A stretch of DNA of 32,000 nt from the NCBI GenBank assembly GCA_003144275.1, contig NJBF01000001.1:30001-62000 (forward strand), written 5' to 3'. This stretch comes from Candidatus Heimdallarchaeota archaeon B3_Heim. GTDB lineage: Archaea; Asgardarchaeota; Heimdallarchaeia; Hodarchaeales; Hodarchaeaceae. Under the pieces are notes generated by a model. It was not told the origin of the DNA. It saw only the letters and a list, made by a program, of their open reading frames with translations, and did no database searches. Below, one piece after another: positions 27,384 through 32,000 of this stretch; the stretch's first letter is position 1, and every line of letters begins with the position of its first letter. The translations under genes and the position numbers were made by a program.

Positions 27384-28019
27384 ATGTATTCATTTTCTCA
27401 GGAAGAAAAGCGGCAACTTTTTTTTGCGAGTATTATTTTTGTAATAGTCGAATTGTCAATACTTGTCAATCCAATGAACCTTTTGGATCTTATAATTACA
27501 GGCACAAATGATACATCTAATCTCATTGAATTAATATTCATTCTTTGTATTTCAGGAATTTTAATTCTCCCATTATTCGTATTGCACGAATTAGCCCATA
27601 AATATACAGCTTTAAGATATGGATTTCCTGCAAAATTTCATTTGGATCAAAATATGGCCGCATTTTCACTAATTACAGCTCTTTTTCCTTTTAAGATAAT
27701 CGCACCTGGTGCAGTTATTTGGTATGGTAATCCTTCTGACAGAATTAGAGCCAATGTATCCATAATGGGACCTATAGTGAATATCTTTTTAGGAGGATGT
27801 TTAATAATTATTTCAACACTTATCCCCCCTTTGTGGGATTCTATCCTAGTTTTCATCAGTAAAGCTTCATTTGATATCGCCCTCTTCAATCTTCTACCAT
27901 TCTCTATCTTAGATGGAGCAAAGGTCTATAGATGGAATCAGGAGGTTTATTACGTTTTATTCGGTTTTACAGCTTTTATTTGGCTTTTTCATCCTCTGGG
28001 TATATTGAGTGGTATTTAA
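27384..28019 (+). CDS. M50 family (site-2) membrane zinc metalloprotease
   Basis: HELAHK, APGAV, GPIVN, NLLPFSILDG. Confidence 0.92.
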   Translation: MYSFSQEEKRQLFFASIIFVIVELSILVNPMNLLDLIITGTNDTSNLIELIFILCISGILILPLFVLHELAHKYTALRYGFPAKFHLDQNMAAFSLITALFPFKIIAPGAVIWYGNPSDRIRANVSIMGPIVNIFLGGCLIIISTLIPPLWDSILVFISKASFDIALFNLLPFSILDGAKVYRWNQEVYYVLFGFTAFIWLFHPLGILSGI

Positions 28020-28021
28020 CG

Positions 28022-28438
28022 ATGAATTCATTAACTTTACGAGAACAAAGTTCTCTAGGGATAGCATTCGGACTTATTCTGTCCTTATTACTCTCATTTC
28101 TCTTATTTTCTGGAAGTAATGAAGCACTGCTCCTGATATTGTGGGGGATAATTGCAGTAGCATTCTCAGTAATATTCGCGTATTCGTTTGTTTTTCAATC
28201 AACACCCTCCCATTCTGAGATAAGGGATTCATTCCATTCATCTTCAGGAATGGATTCATTTAGTCCGAGAATAATTCCTCCTTCCAAAATGAGGAAAAAA
28301 ACACAAATTGAGGGGCAATGCAGTCAGTGTGGATCACCTACTTTGCTTGGATTTACTTGTTCTTATTGTGGAAGATATTTTTGTCCAGATCATCGTCTTC
28401 CAGAAAAACATGAATGCACTGGGCTTTATCACAAATAA
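28022..28438 (+). CDS. Membrane protein with C-terminal AN1-type zinc finger
   Basis: Likely start ATG at 28022, 2 nt after the M50 stop (track start 27932 overlaps the protease); two TM helices, then CSQC...FTCSYCGRYFCPDHRLPEKHEC. Confidence 0.85.
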   Translation: MNSLTLREQSSLGIAFGLILSLLLSFLLFSGSNEALLLILWGIIAVAFSVIFAYSFVFQSTPSHSEIRDSFHSSSGMDSFSPRIIPPSKMRKKTQIEGQCSQCGSPTLLGFTCSYCGRYFCPDHRLPEKHECTGLYHK

Positions 28439-28446
28439 AAACAGAT

Positions 28447-29913
28447 TTAAGAAGAAAAGGCATGTACAAGTTCTGATATAAGAAGATTGAGCATACCTAA
28501 ACAAAGAAACAAGAAGTAAAAGGCATTGAACAGATAAAAACCTCCAAGGGTACAATACTTAACGAAACCAAGAACGAGAATGAGCATATAGATCAATTCC
28601 ACTATTGTGAGTTTATCTAATGGAATATGATCATGGATTTTTTGGCGAGACGAATCAGCTATTCCTGATAAGTTATATTTTGGTGTTCTTACAAATTCTC
28701 CTCCTTTCTTTACAAACCCCGTGAGCGTTCCCACTGCCATTCGTACAACTAAACCTCCTCCCCAAAAGAGGAAAAGAGGGATAAGGAATAAATCCCACCT
28801 TGCTCTTTCTGCACGAATAATTGCTGATGCATAGGCCACAATTCCACAAACTATGGCAACTGTAAAAAGGAGTCCAAAAATAGAAAAAATCTCTGTGTTG
28901 AACGAAGGGCTGAATATCAACAAAGTGCTAGTGATTGTATTAATTACTATCATAAAAGGAATGAAATATTGGGCTAGATGAAATATGCCTTGTATTTTAC
29001 ATACAAATGAGCAATTAGGAGATAGAAACAAAAATAAAAGAAAATTTTTCCTAATATTTTGTGAAAACCCCTTAGACCATCTACTCTGTTGGATAATCCA
29101 TGTCCGAAGAGTTGGGGGGATTTCTTGATTATTAACTACACCAGTTAAATAAACAAGTTCATAACCCTTCATTTGAGCTCTATAGGCAAGATCTAAATCT
29201 TCAGCTAAGGTATCTGAGGACCATCCTCCGCTTGCATCTATCGCTGCTCGTCTCCAAATACCACCCGTTCCATTAAAGGATATATAAGCACTTAAACACT
29301 TCCGTCCGATTTTTTCAACCCAAAAATGACCATCTAATCCAATGGACATCGCGCGTGTGAATAATGAATAATTGAGATTGGAGTACCCCCACCTTGCCTG
29401 TACGGCTCCAATATCATTTCTATCCTTGAAATAATGGATACAATTATGTAAAAAATTCGGATTAATTACAAAATCTGAATCAAACATTGCAACAAATTCA
29501 GAATTATCTTTACTTAATCCATTTCTTAAAGCACCTGCTTTAAATCCATCTCGTGTAGATCTTCGAATGATATTTACATTAAATCCTTTTTCTTTTAAGC
29601 GTTTGATATTTAATTCAATCAATCTTGAAGTATCATCTGTGGAATCATCAAGAATTTGAAATTTTAAACGATCTAATGGATAAATAATATTCTCTAAATT
29701 TACTAGTGTTTTCTCTATTATTTTTGATTCATTATAAATAGGTAACTGAATAGTAACAGAAGGAAGCTCCAATTCACTATATTTCTCTTTAGGAATGGGA
29801 TCCTTCCAATTAACAGACGTAGTTGCAAGGAAAAAAAAATTAACAGGATATGGGATAATGATAAGAGCAGATATTAAATTTAAACTTAATATTATCAAGA
29901 GAATTATATCCAT
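28447..29913 (-). CDS. Processive GT2 glycosyltransferase (cellulose synthase-like, CslA/C type)
   Basis: IQLPIYNE, QILDDS, GFKAGAL, FDSDF, AEDLD, QQSRWSKG (QxxRW), flanking TM helices. Confidence 0.92.
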   Translation of the reverse strand: MDIILLIILSLNLISALIIIPYPVNFFFLATTSVNWKDPIPKEKYSELELPSVTIQLPIYNESKIIEKTLVNLENIIYPLDRLKFQILDDSTDDTSRLIELNIKRLKEKGFNVNIIRRSTRDGFKAGALRNGLSKDNSEFVAMFDSDFVINPNFLHNCIHYFKDRNDIGAVQARWGYSNLNYSLFTRAMSIGLDGHFWVEKIGRKCLSAYISFNGTGGIWRRAAIDASGGWSSDTLAEDLDLAYRAQMKGYELVYLTGVVNNQEIPPTLRTWIIQQSRWSKGFSQNIRKNFLLFLFLSPNCSFVCKIQGIFHLAQYFIPFMIVINTITSTLLIFSPSFNTEIFSIFGLLFTVAIVCGIVAYASAIIRAERARWDLFLIPLFLFWGGGLVVRMAVGTLTGFVKKGGEFVRTPKYNLSGIADSSRQKIHDHIPLDKLTIVELIYMLILVLGFVKYCTLGGFYLFNAFYFLFLCLGMLNLLISELVHAFSS

Positions 29914-30491
29914 CTTTCAATTATCCTATATAATACTTAGGTTATCATTTTTTTAGAATTAAATTTTTCCTTATTTTATCGTTCCATTAAATTCAGATTT
30001 AATCGAATATATTTTATTAAACGAAATTTGATGTCTTTTAGCCAAAATATTCTGTAAAGCTAGTTGTCCCATCTAGCATATTTTCTTTGCTTCCCGATAC
30101 TGGTTCAATCATTTTTTGCAACTATATATTTTCTAGCAATTTTTTTTGCCAAAAAATACATTCACAATGGAGTTAATAATTATGCCTATAATAGAATATT
30201 TTAGGCATTCTTGAAATATATTAACAAATATTGAATGACTGATCTTTATTATATAACTGAAAGCTTCTAAGGCTTTGTTTCTAATATAGCTATAACATAT
30301 TTTTTTAGGCATATATTCTCAGATTTTCTGGAGATTGAATTTAAACAGAAATTTTTTCAAAGATCTTTAGTTACTTAAGTCTCGATATGAATTTAGTCAC
30401 CAACATTGGTTATTACACTTCTATAATTTTTTTCAAATTTTCACTGAAAAAAAGATCTAGTGCAGATGAGGCGTACGCCTTTTAATGTCTG

Positions 30492-30695
30492 TTATATAAA
30501 AAAAGATTCATCACCTATTCTCATCAATTTCTTATAACGTGAATCTTTCTTTATATTATTTAAGTCAGGATCATCCTTTGCTTCGTCTTTTACTTTATGA
30601 TTTAATTCAATTGCCTTAGTTAGACAATCGATACTTTCCTCAATTTTCTTCTGCAATGCAGTGCAACATGCAAGATTATACCAACTCATATACAC
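30492..30695 (-). pseudogene. C-terminal TPR fragment, probably a truncated TPR protein
   Basis: WYNLACCTALQKKIEESIDCLTKAIELN...AKDDPDLNNIKKDSRYKKL is a terminal TPR cap; the frame continues upstream as SLYDKAI (part of another repeat) into the 3' end of the Nmad3-like gene. Confidence 0.55.
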
Positions 30696-30745
30696 TACAT
30701 CCTTAAAGATTGCTTTATCATATAGGGAAATTAATGAAGAATGAT

Positions 30746-31459
30746 CTACGTGATGTTTAAAAGTCTCTTTAAGTTTGTAATGTTCTTTTCATCCTTAATT
30801 AAACGTGGTGGAATACTTCTTTGAATTGATCCAGAAATACCCAATAATGTCTCCATATCTGGTGAAACTGTATGATATATTCTACCTATCTTATTCAATT
30901 TGGGTTTGCTGATAAGAACAGCTTCTTCTAGTAGTCGACTGTTCCCTTTTTTACCTATCACGATAATAAGATCTTTGGAATGATGGCTTCTCTTGATATG
31001 GGCATTATTAGAAAAAAGTTTGTGATGACTCTTAGCAACACTTCTATTTGTTTGACTAAAATCAATGACTTTATCAACTGTGAAATAACCAATTATATAC
31101 AGCGCTTCTTTGTACTTGTTGGTCTTGTAAGGTGTTAAACCTGCATAAAAAACGAGTAAATCATTCTCAATTAGATTCACTAAATAATTCCTTTTAGAAG
31201 TTGGATCACCATAAGTGAATGTTTCGAATTCTGGATCAAAATGGAATTTTCTAGATGCAACTTTTTTGGGAAGATAATCTGACAGAAATTTACCAGACCT
31301 TCCTATAGTGGTTATAAAAGTTCGATTTTCAGCTGATTCTTTTTTTTCAGAAATTGGAATGTATTCAAATGATCCATCATTAAAAATTGGGGCTAAAGCT
31401 CCATCAGTACCCTTGTCAATCCCGATTCTAAGGAGCATAGCCTTCACGGAGTAATCCAC
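30746..31459 (-). CDS. Nmad3-like (nucleotide modification associated domain 3) protein
   Basis: LLRIGIDKG...APIFNDGSFEYIPI...HFDPEFETFTYGD...DLLVFYAGL...YIIGYF...NAH matches my recollection of the Nmad3 pattern. Confidence 0.72.
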   Translation of the reverse strand: MDYSVKAMLLRIGIDKGTDGALAPIFNDGSFEYIPISEKKESAENRTFITTIGRSGKFLSDYLPKKVASRKFHFDPEFETFTYGDPTSKRNYLVNLIENDLLVFYAGLTPYKTNKYKEALYIIGYFTVDKVIDFSQTNRSVAKSHHKLFSNNAHIKRSHHSKDLIIVIGKKGNSRLLEEAVLISKPKLNKIGRIYHTVSPDMETLLGISGSIQRSIPPRLIKDEKNITNLKRLLNIT

Positions 31460-32000
31460 CTTTTACAATCTTTCTTCTGAAAAACACAGGTGTTTCCTCG
31501 TAAAACCTTGCATGTCTTTCGTTTTTTTGGATTTTGCTTGTCAAGTCTTTTTATATTGCTTATGCATTCATCAATAATGTTTTCATGTCCCTTGAAATGA
31601 GTTAAAATCTTATCAGAAACAGAAGACGATATTTTCTTGTGACGGACGCGTTTATATGTATCTGTTACCATTTCCAGAGGTAGAGAATCTTCAAAAGAGA
31701 ACAAGTAAGTCTTTCCCTTCAAAGCATAATGAGAAGAACAGTTAATAAAATCTTCTTTCACTATATATCCGACAATGTACCTATTTTTGTAGTAATTCTT
31801 TAGATTTTTGTTCCTACACATTGTAAAAAGGAATAAGTACTTCTCATTGCTTCTTAAAAGTGGAAGAATGTTTTTATCCTGATAACAGGGATAAATATAG
31901 TTTTCAGCTCCAATCTCGATATGTGGTTCGGTTTTATGACCTTCTCCCTGTTCATTCAATACATCTCTAACAGGTAAATCCGAGGAAGGAGAATGATAGA
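31444..32000 (-). CDS. Uncharacterised protein, possibly a distant Nmad-like domain; 5' end outside the window
   Basis: The frame stays open upstream of the track start 31959 to the edge (YHSPSSDLPVRDVLNEQGEGHKTEPH...); KYLFLFT...RYIVGYIVK; Cys-rich basic tail; overlaps the Nmad3-like gene by 16 nt. Confidence 0.75.
   Translation of the reverse strand, partial: YHSPSSDLPVRDVLNEQGEGHKTEPHIEIGAENYIYPCYQDKNILPLLRSNEKYLFLFTMCRNKNLKNYYKNRYIVGYIVKEDFINCSSHYALKGKTYLFSFEDSLPLEMVTDTYKRVRHKKISSSVSDKILTHFKGHENIIDECISNIKRLDKQNPKKRKTCKVLRGNTCVFQKKDCKRWITP

Noticed and set aside
19915-27889. Other short track ORFs overlapping known genes (19915, 20055, 23216, 23486, 24570, 24803, 26153, 26274, 26630, 27647)
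   Set aside because: Alternate-frame or antisense overlaps with well-supported genes.
30746-32000. Transposon or prophage call for the right end
   Set aside because: No transposase, integrase, terminal repeats or phage genes are visible in the window.

Overview
Low-GC archaeal chromosomal window, most likely from an Asgard archaeon (Heimdallarchaeia-like; an inference from the mix of crenarchaeal-type PolB1, Rpo8/RpoG, SmAP3-type Lsm, RPA32/RPA14-like subunits, Get3 and a TRAP-beta-like protein). Most of it is housekeeping: polB1 (5' part), rps8e, gar1, geranylgeranyl reductase, cofE-folP, endA, ndk, hppA, the rpoE1-spt4-DUF359-rps24e-rps27ae-kae1-bud32-PAC2 cluster, uppS, tRNA-Leu(GAG), rpo8, lsm, tfs, fibrillarin-nop5, an M50 protease and a GT2. 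Three real genes are missing from the ORF track (polB1 5' part, rps27ae, a 48-aa membrane ORF), and the last ORF is open to the window edge. Most unusual items: a coiled-coil/polyproline protein ending in a VASP/WASP-like helix plus WDEE; an HTH + catalytically dead LAGLIDADG + coiled-coil + winged-helix protein; a divergent Get3 / TRAP-beta-like pair; a cysteine-less micro-ORF in frame (amber) with a membrane polyferredoxin; and an accessory block at the right end with an Nmad3-like gene and a similar-looking partner next to a truncated TPR gene. All family calls come from motif recognition by eye; no searches were run.
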